Positions 48,114 to 60,817 of a DNA stretch of 64,000 bases are shown here, in pieces. Under the pieces are notes generated by a model that worked only from the letters and a program-made list of their open reading frames with translations, had not been told where the DNA came from and searched no databases. The translations under genes were made by a program, and so were the position numbers. Within the stretch, counting starts at the first letter, position 1. Every line of letters begins with the position of its first letter. This DNA comes from Nemertoderma westbladi (lineage: Eukaryota; Animalia; Xenacoelomorpha). Where the stretch lies: contig JAUCBJ010000373.1 in assembly GCA_032718475.1 (NCBI GenBank), forward strand, positions 23,460 through 87,459. The letters run 5' to 3'.

Positions 48114-51100
48114 ATGGTTAGCGAGAACCCCAGAAAGCGGGGGAAAGTTAGTAGGACAGTGAGGCGATGGGAGTCCATCGCGACCGATAAGTCTGCTACG
48201 TCCTCCGCGAAAGCAAGAAGGGTGTTAGAGATAGATCTGGCGTGTCAACTAGACATGGTGGCGCTAGACCAGAAAGAATTACAGAGGCAGTTGGATGAGG
48301 GAACTGCGTTGTTAGAGAAAGAGAGAGAGTTGGCAAGGGAATGTAGAGAGAGGCCCGAAAGGGTGGCGAAGAACTGTAGAGAGCAAGAAGAGAGAGAGAC
48401 AGAGGAACGTAAAGAGCGAGAGGCGAGAGTAGAGAACGGGCGTGAAGAGCGAGAGACGAGAGTAGAGAACGAGCGTAAAGAGCGAGAGATGAGAGTAGAG
48501 AATGAGCGTAAAGAGCGAGAAGTGAGAGCGGCAGCGGGGGTGGAGAGAGAAATGAATGAACATAAAGAGTGGGAGGCGAGAGTGGATAGCGAGCGTAGAG
48601 AGCGGGAGGCGAGAGTAGAGAGCGAGCGTAGAGAGCGGGTGGCGAGAGAAACAGAGTTAGCGACCAGAGTTTACGAGATGATAGAGAAAGAGAGAGAGCG
48701 GGAAAGCGCATGCGGGATGATATGCATGCCTGGTTGAGGGGGCTTATGCAATATCAGGCCAAGCAGAAGCGCCGACTAGAACTGGCGCAACTAGGATTAT
48801 CTGAGAGTGAGGCTGGCTCGGGTAGTATTTACGAGGAGCCAGAAGTAATGGAAACGTTTGTTAATATCCCTCTTACAGGGACCGGACGACAGACCCAAGA
48901 CTGGTGTAACTGTACGGGCGGAGGGGGGGGGTGGGGGGGGGGGGGGGGGGGGTAATAATAATACATTAGAAGGCATTAATATTAATAGTACTGTAGTAGA
49001 CAACCCTAATCAAACTTTCATTGCAGGAAATAATATTTTGCCCAGTAATAATAATTTTAAATCCGAATAATCTTAATCTAAATACACAAAATAATTCAAA
49101 TAATCCTAATTTAAATACACAAAATAATTCAAATAATAATCTAAATTCAAATATACAAAGTAATTCAAATAATTTAAATTTAAATACGCAGAATAATCAA
49201 ATAATAATTTTAATTCAAACGAGCAAAATAATCCCGATTCCAATCTAAATATACAAAATAATTTAAATAATAATCCGAATTCAGAACAGAATAATTCAAA
49301 TAATTTAAATAATTTAGGCAATAATGTTGTTGATAATGGTGCTATTAATATGAACGCAGCAGACGTAGGTGGTCCGACCAGCGAGAGCCTGCAAGGCCAC
49401 GTGGTTACTACGCAGGGAGTAGCGGGGGTGAGTCAACCCGACGGGAGCCTGCAAGGCCATGCAGTGGTAGAGGGAGAGGCGGGGGTGAATACCCAGCTGC
49501 AGTAGAGATAGTGCGTCGACTAGAGAGGGGTGTAGAAGCGAAGTAGGAGATAGTGAAGCAATAGGTGGCGAGGGGGGGAGGGGGCTATGGGCGCCCCACC
49601 ATGGGAGATTAGTGGCGAGAGGGGGGGGGGGGCAGAGAATGTCCCACGGGCATCGGCGGATAATGCGCGGGGTGAGTTAGGTGAACCGCAGCACCCAGCG
49701 ACGGAGAATAGTAGGGGGATTACGAATATCCCCAGCAGCGTCCAACCGGCTAGAGAGAGGGAGGTTGTCGTGGTGAGCGGGCGAGCGGCGAGACGTCGAG
49801 CCCATTCGGAAGACGGAAGAAGAACAGTGGAGTTTAACTGGGAGGTCGACGAGAGATCTCATGAACGGGGACACTACACTGAAGAGAGAAGAAGAGAAGA
49901 GAATAGAAGAAGCGTTGCTACGAGCGACTGGAGAGCGAGGACGGATAGCGAGCTGTCGGTAGTAGAGATGGAGTTGGAAAGTCAGTGGGGTCGAACTCCG
50001 GGAGATTGCAGTCGCCCCGGAGGGACGCAGCCTGGCAAAATATATCATACGCCGGGAGAGGGGTACAGGATGTACTGGTACGAGGACGAGAACAGGAGAG
50101 GTGATCGAAGAGAAACTTCCCGACTGGATATAGCTGCCGATCGAGAGTATGGTAGTCGCGGGGAGGACTTCTTGGATTATTCGAGAAGGTTAAACTTCGG
50201 TCCGGAAGGACACATACAGACTGCAGGACATACTATAGGCCTTACTGCACATACTATAGGCCATGCTGGGAGAGATAGTGTAGGCGATAAGGTAGCACGA
50301 ACGACGGGATTAGATCCGGAAGTCGCGGCGTATATACCGGTAGGTAGGCAAGAAGTGGATAGGCCTATACCGGTACCAGCACAGCAGTATGACTATAATA
50401 TGCAGGGACATAACATATATCCAGGGGAGGGGAGAGTTATTGCAGATAGGTGTATGGGCCCCAATATATTAACATCAACCCCAGTACCAAACATACCACC
50501 TGTGGGGGGGGGGGGGGGGGCAGGGTAACATTCCCCCATTACAATATCAACAATATACTCAAGCGGGAATAAGAACATCGAACCCCCTGGACGAGAACAG
50601 ATCTTGCGACACGGAGATATGGAGGGGGGCCGTTACCCCCGATGGTATATCTGACGCAAAGAAAGTCAACAGGCCGGACAGGCGGACCGCACCCAACGGG
50701 AGAATCTGTACAGCATTCCTCGAACCCATTGGAAGCACAGGCAATGGGAATGGCGACACTTATCGATGCGCTCAAGACCAGGATCGAATTACCACCAGTA
50801 GAGCCATTTAAATTCGACGGAAGCAGATCGGAAGAATACCTGCAATTCCGGCGCATGTACAGCAATGAGATATTAACTAAGAACCTGATGCAGGCGGAGT
50901 GCCTAAAATATCTACAGGTATACACAGGAGGCCCAGCGTACGACATCGTGAGGCACTATCAGGGCATCGAGGGTGGCTTCACGACTGCATGGTGGGCCCT
51001 AGACAGGGAATACGGACACCCAGCCAAGATCATCTGGCAGACCTTAAGGGGGATAACGTCGGGTGGCCTACAGGATAACCCTGTTAGCATAAAGACCTTT

Positions 51101-52961
51101 GCGAACAAGGTCGAGAAGGCGTTGATCGTGCTGAAAACGTTAGATGTGCCATACGAACTCAACGCATCTAATAATATCACCACGATAGCGCAGGCACTGC
51201 CGATCTGGCTGCGCAATAAATGGAGAAAGATCACCTTCTCCACCTGGGAGAAGAAAGGTGCGGAACCGGGCCTAGAGGAAATGTCGAACTTCCTCAATTA
51301 CGAAAGTTGATCACAGACCCAGTCTATAGCGAGGATAGTCTGGGGAGGGCGCCAAAGGCCGAATATAACAGGCCGAAACCGGAACACAACACGGCAAATG
51401 CATAACCAAAGCTCAGACAATCGCTGCCATACGCGGCGACGCAGGGGACTGCTAGTCCACATATAGCCGGGGGTAGGGCCACACCATGGAATGGACAGGG
51501 GCAAAATAACAACACAAACAAATATAACCCCAACCGCCCAGTAGGCCAAACCCAAACAATAAGAACAGTAGGGAACTAGGTACGAACGTGAGTGCGATAC
51601 GCAGCGCACTGTATAGGGACGGCTATAATCCAAACAACAAATGCCAATTGCATTCGAACACACTTCATCAGACCATGAACTGCAGGTACTGGCAAGCGCT
51701 GCCCAAACAAGATCAGGTAGAATACGCAAGGAAGAGTGGAATCTGTCATTGATGTGTGGCGGGCAGACACAAAGCTGAGCAATGCAAAGAAACACCAATT
51801 AAGTTTGGTCAAGGCAAAGGGCAGACGATGGCAATAAGCACCGTAGGGGCAAAGAGAAGGGGAATGGTACTACTCGGGGTAGTGCCAGTGCGGATGATAG
51901 GAGAAGGCGGTCGATCAGTTACTACCTTGATGCTGGTCGACAGCGGAGCAGCCTTCACATTGGTGGAGAAATGGGTGGCTGAGGAGATAGGGTTAAAGAT
52001 GAGGCCAAGTAGGATGGCGGTAAATACCATCTCCAGCAAGGATGAGGTCCTGGAGATGAGGACAGGAAGGTGCGAGATATCAGCAATAGCACCGGGATGT
52101 GACTATGGGGTGACCATCGACCCCATCCAGGTAATAGAATCGATCAACATAAACGCCAGGCGACCAACTAACATCGAGGTCGAGCAATACAGATTCCTGG
52201 ATGACATCGATTTCTCGATACCGGAGCTGGACGTCAGGAAGGTATCCATCATAGTGGGGATGGACTGCCCGACGGCCCACGAGAGAGTACAGATGATCTT
52301 CGGAGAAGACAGACAGCGTGATCCGATGGCAATCCTCACGTCATTCGGATGGACGCTAAGCAGCCCAATCAGAACCAAAATTCCGTTTAGGATGTCGGAG
52401 ACATTGGGGTGCATGTTTGCGGGAACTATGAGGAAGATGGAAGATGAAGGAGCGGAGGAGCAGCTTAAGAGACTGTTAAGACAGGATTTTGAGGGACTAA
52501 AGGAGACCGGGGTCAGAACCTCGGTAGAGGATAAACAGGCAGTACAGTGTGTGAAGGAGTCGATGAGATTCGACGAGGGGCGGTACACCATAGGCATGGT
52601 ATGGAAACATCCAAAACTACCGCTACCCGAGAACAAGGGGATGGTACTCACAAGGCTTCGCAAACTGAAGCAAACTCTGAAACAGAGCCCCAAAAAGGAT
52701 GAGTACATCCATAAGATGATAAAGAAGTACGTCGAGAAAGGATGGGCCGTGGAGTTGCCGGTCGACGAACTGAACACGGACAGGACCTACTACCTGCCAC
52801 TTCATGTGGCTTTAGACCCAAAGAAGGGTAAACTGCGGATGGTGGTTGATGCATCGGCTAAAACCAATGGCAAAAGCCTAAACGACTATCTGCTGGAGGG
52901 CCCCAATATCTACAACTCGGGAATAGAGGTCTTGTTGAGATTTAGGAATGCTAATGAATGA
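48114..52961 (+). pseudogene. Element 1 gag-protease and RT N-terminus (multiple frameshifts and stops; rest of pol deleted)
   Basis: Glu/Arg coiled coil, Asn-rich spacer, Pao gag IELPPVEPFKFDG (50642-51310), protease MLVDSGA, and RT start YLPLHVALDPKKGKLRMVVDASAK...SLNDYLLEGPN, then an abrupt stop after LLRFRN. Confidence 0.9.
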
Positions 52962-53606
52962 TAAGTAAGGGCTGAAGGGCGAGTCGGTATACTACAACTG
53001 CCGATATCTAGTAGACAGGGAGGTGGATACACCATATCAGAGGTGGGAGAAGCTGGAGGCGGATAGACTAGAGGAGAAGCGATTGGAAGAAATCGCCAGA
53101 CAAGAAAGAAGGGAGGCAGGCGAAAGAGAGGCGGAAGCTAGAGGAGAGGACTATGGGTTCGGGACCCAGAACTTGGACGAGTTACGGTGGGGATCAGAGA
53201 GCTCGGGCGAGTTTCTGGGGGAGGAGCTAGGATGGACGGGAGAATCGCCGAAACAGTCAACATCAGGATTGCAAGCTATGCCCATGCCAGCGGGCTCTGA
53301 GGGCGATTTCGCGAGGAAGAGACCAAGAGAACTGGAAGGATGGAAAGTTACGGGCAAGAGCCAAGGTGGGAAGGGACACAGTGGGTTTGCTGGGATACCG
53401 GGATTGGATCCACTCCCAGCGGGGGATGAGGATGACGACAAGTTCGGGGAGATGCCGCCCATCGAGAGGATCGGCCACTCAGACACGGACTGGGTTGGCG
53501 GGAGAGTGGTGATGGCCAGCGGGGCAAGGGCCTTCTGGGATAAACCCGGCAAGCGGGCCTGGGTGCATGAGGAGCCGCCGATGGATTTTGCGGGAGCACC
53601 ATCAGG

Positions 53607-54509
53607 TTGGGTGAGCAACCGGGAACGGCACCACAGGTAGTGTTTGGAGAGACGATGCCGAGGAGAGACAAGGACGTAGACAAGGACAGAGACGTTATCG
53701 TCCAGAAGTTTGCTTACCAACGGCTCCATAGACCTAGGAGACCGCTTGGGGCAAAAGACGACTTAGGGCGGGATGTGTTGATACACGGCTGTGATTACTG
53801 CGGGAGGCTTACTCACCAGGAAAAGAGCTGTTTGTATCGGTTCCAGAAGGGGACGAGTTGCCTCTACTGTGGCGAATCGAGTCATAGGATGGGGGCGTGT
53901 CCGCGGTTGCACAACCGGTGTTCTACGTGTAACTTTCGAGGGCACTATGGGCGCCAGTGCAACTGGATGGACGACGAGGAGAAGTTTAAGATCTTCGAGG
54001 AGTGGGCCGACGTCGGCGTCATGACGCAGCAGAGAATGAAGGCCCAGGAGTTCCGGTGGGGTTTCTTTAATATTAACCAGGAGGCCCATCTGGAAATCAT
54101 TAAGAGGAGACTTCCGTTTACTTATCAAGAAGTAGCGACGGCGGCATCGTATGGTGGGGTCATCAATACGCAGAGGTATTTAGATAGATGGGCACCAGAG
54201 AACAGAGGAGAGTTCAGAGATTTCCTGGTGGAGCATGTGCCGCGGACCATGAAGATGATCTTGTGGGACGCTACTAGGGGGAAGCAGGAGGGGCATTCGG
54301 AAGGGCCACCTGCAAAGCGTTACCGGGAGCTAATAACACCAGCGCCCAAGGAATCGACCATGGGGATCAGTAAGGAGGTAACGGCGAGAATGAGGAGCCT
54401 TAAGGAGGATAAGAACAAGGAAGCGGTGACAACAAGGAAGCGACCGAGACAGGACGACAACAGAGGGAAGGAACTGAGATGGTTCCCGAAGACGGGAGGA
54501 GCGAACTAG
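53607..54509 (+). CDS. Extra ORF of element 1 between pol and the 3' LTR with three CCHC zinc knuckles (probably continuous with 53023-53640 via a frameshift)
   Basis: CDYCGRLTHQEKSC, CLYCGESSHRMGAC and CSTCNFRGHYGRQC, each CX2CX4HX4C, plus a basic C-terminus. Confidence 0.7.
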   Translation: MGEQPGTAPQVVFGETMPRRDKDVDKDRDVIVQKFAYQRLHRPRRPLGAKDDLGRDVLIHGCDYCGRLTHQEKSCLYRFQKGTSCLYCGESSHRMGACPRLHNRCSTCNFRGHYGRQCNWMDDEEKFKIFEEWADVGVMTQQRMKAQEFRWGFFNINQEAHLEIIKRRLPFTYQEVATAASYGGVINTQRYLDRWAPENRGEFRDFLVEHVPRTMKMILWDATRGKQEGHSEGPPAKRYRELITPAPKESTMGISKEVTARMRSLKEDKNKEAVTTRKRPRQDDNRGKELRWFPKTGGAN

Positions 54510-55258
54510 GACTTGGAGGGGGAGATGTGGGGATGCCTGGAAGGCACCACATGCGAAGTAATACGAACTCCTAAGTGCAAATTTAATAAAAGTGCAATTA
54601 GTATGTACGTATGTAATAATCAATAGAGTATAATTAGAATCAATATAATCAAAGTAAGTACTATAGTCATGTAACCTTTTTTCCAACTAGCTACTGGGAC
54701 TGGGGACCAATTGACTATGACAGGAGGACGAGACACTAGACGAATCACACTTCTTGAGTTTGACGGCACAAAAGGGGGAGGGTGAGGCTCGTCAGGAGTG
54801 AGTGGAGCAAAACAAGTAAGGGTTGAGTACATTAGCACAGGAAGATAGTGAGAGGAGGTGTTGACGCGTGTGGAAAGTATACGGGTGCAATTGAAATGTG
54901 GGGAGCGAGCAGTAAGAGGGAGAGTAAGGGATAGAGAGGTCCGAGAGTAAGATAGAGTAGAGTGGAGTTAGAGTGGAGCTAAAGTGAAGTTAGAGTCAGA
55001 TCAGAGTGTGGAGATATAAAATTGTGTGAGAGGAGACCACAATTGTCTCGAACTGAGACATCAGATGTCTTGGTGAAACATAGGTTGCGGTTGCACCAAG
55101 AAGGGGTAGTAATATCATGCCCAGAGGGAGCGGCCTGGAAAGCCGACTCCGAGAAAAGAACTCCACCCCACACCCGATAGTAGATCGGGTTCCAACGGAA
55201 TTGAAGCGCACTTGTAGTTAATGCTATCTTCTCACCGGGAAGATAGCATGGAGGGGAG

Positions 55259-55842
55259 TGTAAGCGGATTCAATTCCGCCTCATGACCCTCATAAAATGG
55301 GATAGTGGCATTTTCAGCAATATGTTGGAGATACGAGATTAGCAATAAATAATCTCGTATCACAACCAACATCGGGGGACAGTACAAACCCCGAAGCCAC
55401 ACACAAAGGGAGGTTAGAGGTCAAACTACCTCGGAAGGGGACACAGCTAGCAGGGGCTAGCCACAGGGGGGAAACACTCCCAGAGAGTGGAAAGGCGTGA
55501 AGTAGGTTATTAGCCAATAGGGGCGAAGGAGAGCATCCACTAGGTAGCAGGCCAAGGTACTGTAGGAGTGAAGTAATCCTATATTATCTCCTACATACCG
55601 GTTTACCATTCAGTTACCAATTGTTAGTTTCAGTGAAGACCGGCATTATTGTCTTACTATCATCACAGTGTTGTCATATGCTTTTATTCAGATTACTATT
55701 ACCGGTTTATCATTCATACTGTGCTATCATTACGTATTATTATATATCAGAATGAAGGAACATCAAACTCAAACGTTTTCTCCACCAGTCTGCGGTGACG
55801 CGTACAAACATAACCCGGTCGGGGTCCCTTGATCCCGTCACA
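55259..55842 (+). repeat. 3' LTR of BEL element 1
   Basis: Follows the PPT and is followed by TSD GACTT. Confidence 0.95.
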
Positions 55843-55906
55843 GACTTGTTGGCACTTGGCTGCATATGGTTAACTAAATACTGGTCCCGAAACAGCGAAA
55901 GTAAAG

Positions 55907-56325
55907 GTATATTATTGCAACTCTCTTTGGGCAGACGTATACTTTTCTAATTCCACCTTAGATCGTCTCAAGGTAGCATATAATAATACAGTTCGCCGGC
56001 TGTTTGGGTTTAAATTCGACTGCAGTGCAAGTAACATGCTCGTCAGTCTAGGAATTAACAACTTTATTCACGTTAGACGATTTTCAGTCATTAGTTTATT
56101 TGATAGAGTATATGCGTCCAATAACATTATTCTTTACAATATCCGTAACACTTGTTTAGCTATATCTAAAATTTATGAGTCATTTTTACGTTGTAAAGTA
56201 GTAGAGTAGAGTTAATCTAAAAATGTGCTATTTCTAATATTTACTGTAGTTTATGGATGTCTATATATATTCATATATATATATATTGGAATTATCTGGA
56301 ATAAATATGAAATAATAATAATAAT
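55907..56325 (+). mobile_element. 3' fragment of a LINE (RTE-X-like C-terminus)
   Basis: My translation reads YCNSLW...LDRLKVAYNNTVRRLFGFKFDCSASNMLVSLGINNF...RVYASNNII, followed by AATAAA and a (TAA)n tail. Clade assignment is tentative. Confidence 0.7.
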
Positions 56326-57054
56326 TATATGTTAATAAATTCACAAAGAAGGACAGACTGACACGACGGTTTTCAATATCTGTGCGAATGTTTATTCCCT
56401 TAGCATTCTCATTGCCGCTTCTATCAGTCTATACTATATGTTAGTGCCATTGCCATATACTGTAGCAACCAACAGAACATAACACAACACAATCCTGGTA
56501 GCCGCTTGGATGGTGGAAAAACCGTTCAAAAATAAATCACGGTTGGTTAGTTTTCCAAGCGGCGTCAAGAAGAGTTAACTGATTAATAGGTACTGCACTG
56601 CCGGCGCATCCCGGGGCTGGCGGACACCAGCTGTCACTCATCCTGGACCTCTCCTGCATTGTTTATTTGACAAAAGGTAGCGGCAGTCACACTCTTTAAA
56701 TCACTTAGCTTTAAGTAGGCCTACCCGTCTTCAGTCTCGCTTGTGTGCAGTGCACTTCTTACTGGTCCGCAATGCCTAATCTCTAAAATCACATACGGAT
56801 TATTCTCCATAGGAATTCATTACATACGCACATACGCGTATATACATACGGATACGGCAAATGTATACAGATACGGATACGGCGAAAAGTTATACCCTGT
56901 CGGACAGTTGGTTTCACTATGCCTGGGCCAAAACATTCCATGATTTATAGACTATGAGATAGATTTGCATATGCGCCTGTGGTAAAAGACTCTAAATTTA
57001 ATAGTTTGTGGTTGTTGTCGATAATTGATTACTACATGACGTAGCAAAACACTC

Positions 57055-57722
57055 ATTTTATAGCCAAAAACAATTACCAATTGATGGAAAGGAGCAGATT
57101 AGAGAGACCGGATTTTCTAACCAAAACAATAAACAATCACTTTACCAAATGAAGGAAAGGAGCAGGTTACATAGATGGTCTTTTCTAACCAAAACAATAA
57201 ACGATAACATTACCAATTGAGGGAAAGGAGCAGGTTAAAGAGGCGGAATTTTCTTACCAAAACAATATACGATCACTTTACCAAATCTGGGAAAGGAGCA
57301 GGTTTCAGAGGCGGGATTTTCTAACCAAAACAACAAACGATCACTTAATTAATTGAGGGAAAGGAGCAGGTTACAGAGCGGGATTTTCTAACCAAAACAA
57401 TAAACGATCATTTAACTAATTGAGGGAAAGGGGCGGGTTACAGAGGCGGGATTTTCTAACCAAAACAATAAACAATCACTTTACCAAATGAAGGAAAGGA
57501 GCAGGTTACATAGATGGTCTTTTCTAACCAAAACAATAAACGATAACATTACCAATTGAGGGAAAGGAACAGGTTACAGAGGCGGAATTTCCTAACCAAA
57601 ACAATAAACGATCACTTAACTAATTGAGGGAAAGGGGCAGGTTACAGAGGCGGGATTTTCTAACCAAAACAATAAACAGTCACTTTACAAAATGAAGGAA
57701 AGGAGCAGGTTACAGAGGCGGG
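57055..57722. repeat. ~68-bp minisatellite, about 10 units
   Basis: Unit GGAAAGGAGCAGGTTACAGAGGCGGGATTTTCTAACCAAAACAATAAACGATCACTT...; single inverted relatives lie near 590-620 and 62065-62110. Confidence 0.9.
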
Positions 57723-58822
57723 CCTATAAAACTGCAAAATAGTGCTCTATATACTAATACCGGTACTGATAGCCTGCGAGAACAGCAGTAGAGAAACCGG
57801 TAGCATGGAACCTAAAGGTAAATTTCTGGAGGACATAAAAAGTTAAAAAACTTACCTTGGCTACCTTACAACAGTAGGACACCTATTACTTTCAATTTCC
57901 CAGTCACAATACTGCAATCTGTACGGGTACTGTAGGCCTACTATACAGCTATATCAGTACTGCAGTATATGGCTGTATAGGGTAATCTATGGTGTATACT
58001 GTATGGCAGTATGGCTGTATGGGTTGATGTGATGGTCACACTGACTGACTGACAGGCCTACACCTGTACACGACTTATAAGTACCGGTACCAGCAATCCT
58101 GCAATCGGCAGATCGGTACGAGCTGACGAGTGTATGCCAGTATTCCCTAGCTTATAGGCCTACTGGCCTACCTGCTACCAGCCTACTGACTGTGGACTGC
58201 CAGAACTGCAGAATGCACTGCTTATACCTGTCTGCCTGTATACAATATACTGTTCTATAACTGCCAGACTGTGTTGTTATACCAGCCAGCCAGTATACTC
58301 TGTCCTGTCAGCCTGTGTGCTGAGCCAGTACGGCGTACAGGCTGACAGGCGTACCAGTTAGGGAGCACTACCCAGAATGGGGGTGGACGGACACCCTGAA
58401 AGGGGGTGGACAACTGTCGTCAACTGAGCAATTTTTGACTTGAATTTGTATGTAAAATTACAAAAATCAAGTACGAAAGTTTCGTGTTCGGTACGTTATA
58501 TTGAAATTTATATCATTAGATAGAGCATATCGAAATACATATTTTGTATGTACAAAAATAAATTTCTATGTATAGAAAAAGTTTTATTAGCAAATGAAGA
58601 TGATCCACCCCGTTTCGCGGTGGACAGTCACTTTTTTAACAGCACACAAAAGCCAAGCGGCACTGCCTTTCAACTAGTCTGGAGAAGTGTGTAGTGGAGA
58701 TAGAGATGCCTGATAATTTACAGATGCAGTTCTGGCAGAGAGCTCTCTTTATATTTAGGCTATTGAGGTATTGAGCATTGAGCTGTTTAGTGTTTAATGG
58801 ATTGGTTGTTGGAGACAATTAA

Positions 58823-59910
58823 CCCTTCCCCGGTAACGTGGGGTAAAATAATACCCCAAGGGGATTAATTTTGATATTTTTCGACAATCTCTCATATTAT
58901 GTATGTCCAGCTTCATAGTATCTTCCAAAAAACTTGTAATCTAACGATTGTGTGGGTCAAACCCATAAAATTTTGTTTATGAAAAATGTTATGGGCCTTT
59001 AATTTGAAAACAACTTAGTTAGGTAAGATGGGGTATAAAAATACCCCATAACGTTATGGTGCTGGTTTAGTGGTACTTTGTGACTCATTTTGGTGTCATT
59101 GGAACCACAATGGTCGATTTAGTTGTACTAGACTGCTAGACAGCTAGAGGCATGTTTTAACTTTGACTTTTAAGACCAAATTATCAGTATTATGAAGCTA
59201 CTGTATTCTGGTATTGTGTATGGCCTGTATTTCACAAGCCAAGACTTCGGCCTAATCGCGATATGCGATAGATTGCTAAGTATATGTGAATAATTCTTAT
59301 TGTAGGCTTTCTTAGTGGTGTTCTGTCCTTTTGGGTCTCATTATGGGTTCATTGTAACTGCAATAATGTATAATTTAGTTGGACAATAATCACATTTAAT
59401 GACCAAATCATCAGTACTTTTGCAGTCATGGTGTAAATTTCATATTACAATTCAAGATCTTCTGCTATTGCGAGGTGATATAGGGCCTATCTGTATATAT
59501 ATATATTTCACCTTGTTGACTTTCAGTGGTGGTATTTGACTCATTTTATGCTTCTTGGAACTGCAATGGTATACTTGACCCATAACACCACTAAAAAACC
59601 TAAAATGAGAAACACTCTCACACAGCTAATGCTTCACTATGATAGTATCTTGTTGCAAAACGCCCCATCGCGACGTTAACGATGATCGCGATTGTAGTGG
59701 GATAACTTTTGTGGCATTGAGCGTTGGGTAGACTTCAACCAAATTGAAAAAACAAATTCACAACTTATTTTTTCACCATTTGGCAAATTCTGGGAGGGGG
59801 ATTGCAAGTGTTTTTCTGTTTAATGTTACTTAAAATGTCTTATCAATTTGGGGTATAAAAATACCCCACGTTACCGGTGAAGGATAATTTTTTACCATAC
59901 CGGGGCAGGG
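58823..59910. mobile_element. Non-autonomous piggyBac-type element
   Basis: TTAA|CCCTTCCCCGGTA ... TACCGGGGCAGGG|TTAA, with asymmetric subterminal inverted repeats CCGGTAACGTGGGGTA / TACCCCACGTTACCGG. Confidence 0.88.
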
Positions 59911-60817
59911 TTAAATTGAACCAGTACACTGTTGCATTACATTACATAAAATACTGCTGCTACTACCAAGACCCACTCTACTACTAATAACACAAAACAC
60001 GGGGACGTCTATTTACACCAAAAACACACAAAAACACTCAAAAACACACAAAAACACACAAAAACGCACAAAAACACACAAAAACACACAAAAACATACG
60101 GCACATAAATGAAATGCCTGCAAACCTGAATCTGAACGATAATTAATTACAGAATTATCATTGTTGTTTGGGTTGTTGTCTGTTTGTATGCATGTTTGTC
60201 TGTATGGTGTGCATGTACTTAATTGTAATCCAAAACGCAAATAATTATTGCTGAAATAGGCATAGTCTAGTAGTCTACGCTCGCTACAGGTACCTTCAGT
60301 ATAAATTAGATCATTGATGCCCTCGATCCTCTGTGGAATTCCCATAGAACATCACATTGTCTAGGCGGATGCATTGCGCTTATTCCATCTAAACATTACT
60401 AATGATTGTGATCAGGTTATGGTTGATATAAGTTGATGATGCCTTTGATAAATTGCGCAAACTGCGATTATTACAGTGGACAGTGGTTGCGTTTCCCCAA
60501 CATCTCTTTCCAAGCTTGGTGAGAATAACTCTTCCGGGAAGAAAAATATACTCGATTTATGACTACCATCATCCTGTCATCTGATACATCATATGTTGAC
60601 GTCACAGTGAATTCTCCCTGAATCTGAAACTACAGTACTAGCTCGATTCATTCATACTTTATTATTATACACACTGTGTCTGTATTTCATATTCCCTATC
60701 CTATGCGTAATATTATTATGGTGTCCGGATATTGCAAATAATAATAATTGTGTAAAGAAATATTATACTGCATTTTTTTGTAAGAGTTGGGTCCAAAGGT
60801 GCCAAATTATGGGGTGT

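Larger units (their letters stand above)
29745..55842 (+). mobile_element. BEL/Pao LTR retrotransposon 1 (defective; interrupted by element 2)
   Basis: TG...CA LTRs at 29745-30317 and 55259-55842, 5-bp TSD GACTT (29740-29744 and 55843-55847), PPT GGAGGGGAG (55250-55258), and Pao-type gag, protease and RT start. Confidence 0.93.
29165..56899. mobile_element. Long-TIR non-autonomous DNA transposon (CAGGG termini, hAT-like), inflated by nested insertions
   Basis: CAGGGTATAACTTTTCGCCG at 29165 and its reverse complement ending at 56899. Imperfect inverted arms span about 29165-29631 and 56595-56899. A partial third arm lies at about 28789-28875. Confidence 0.65.

Noticed and set aside
60280-60630. 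Possible exon or transposase remnant on the minus strand after a TTTCAG acceptor
   Set aside because: The frames are short and I recognise no motif, so it cannot be supported without a homology search.
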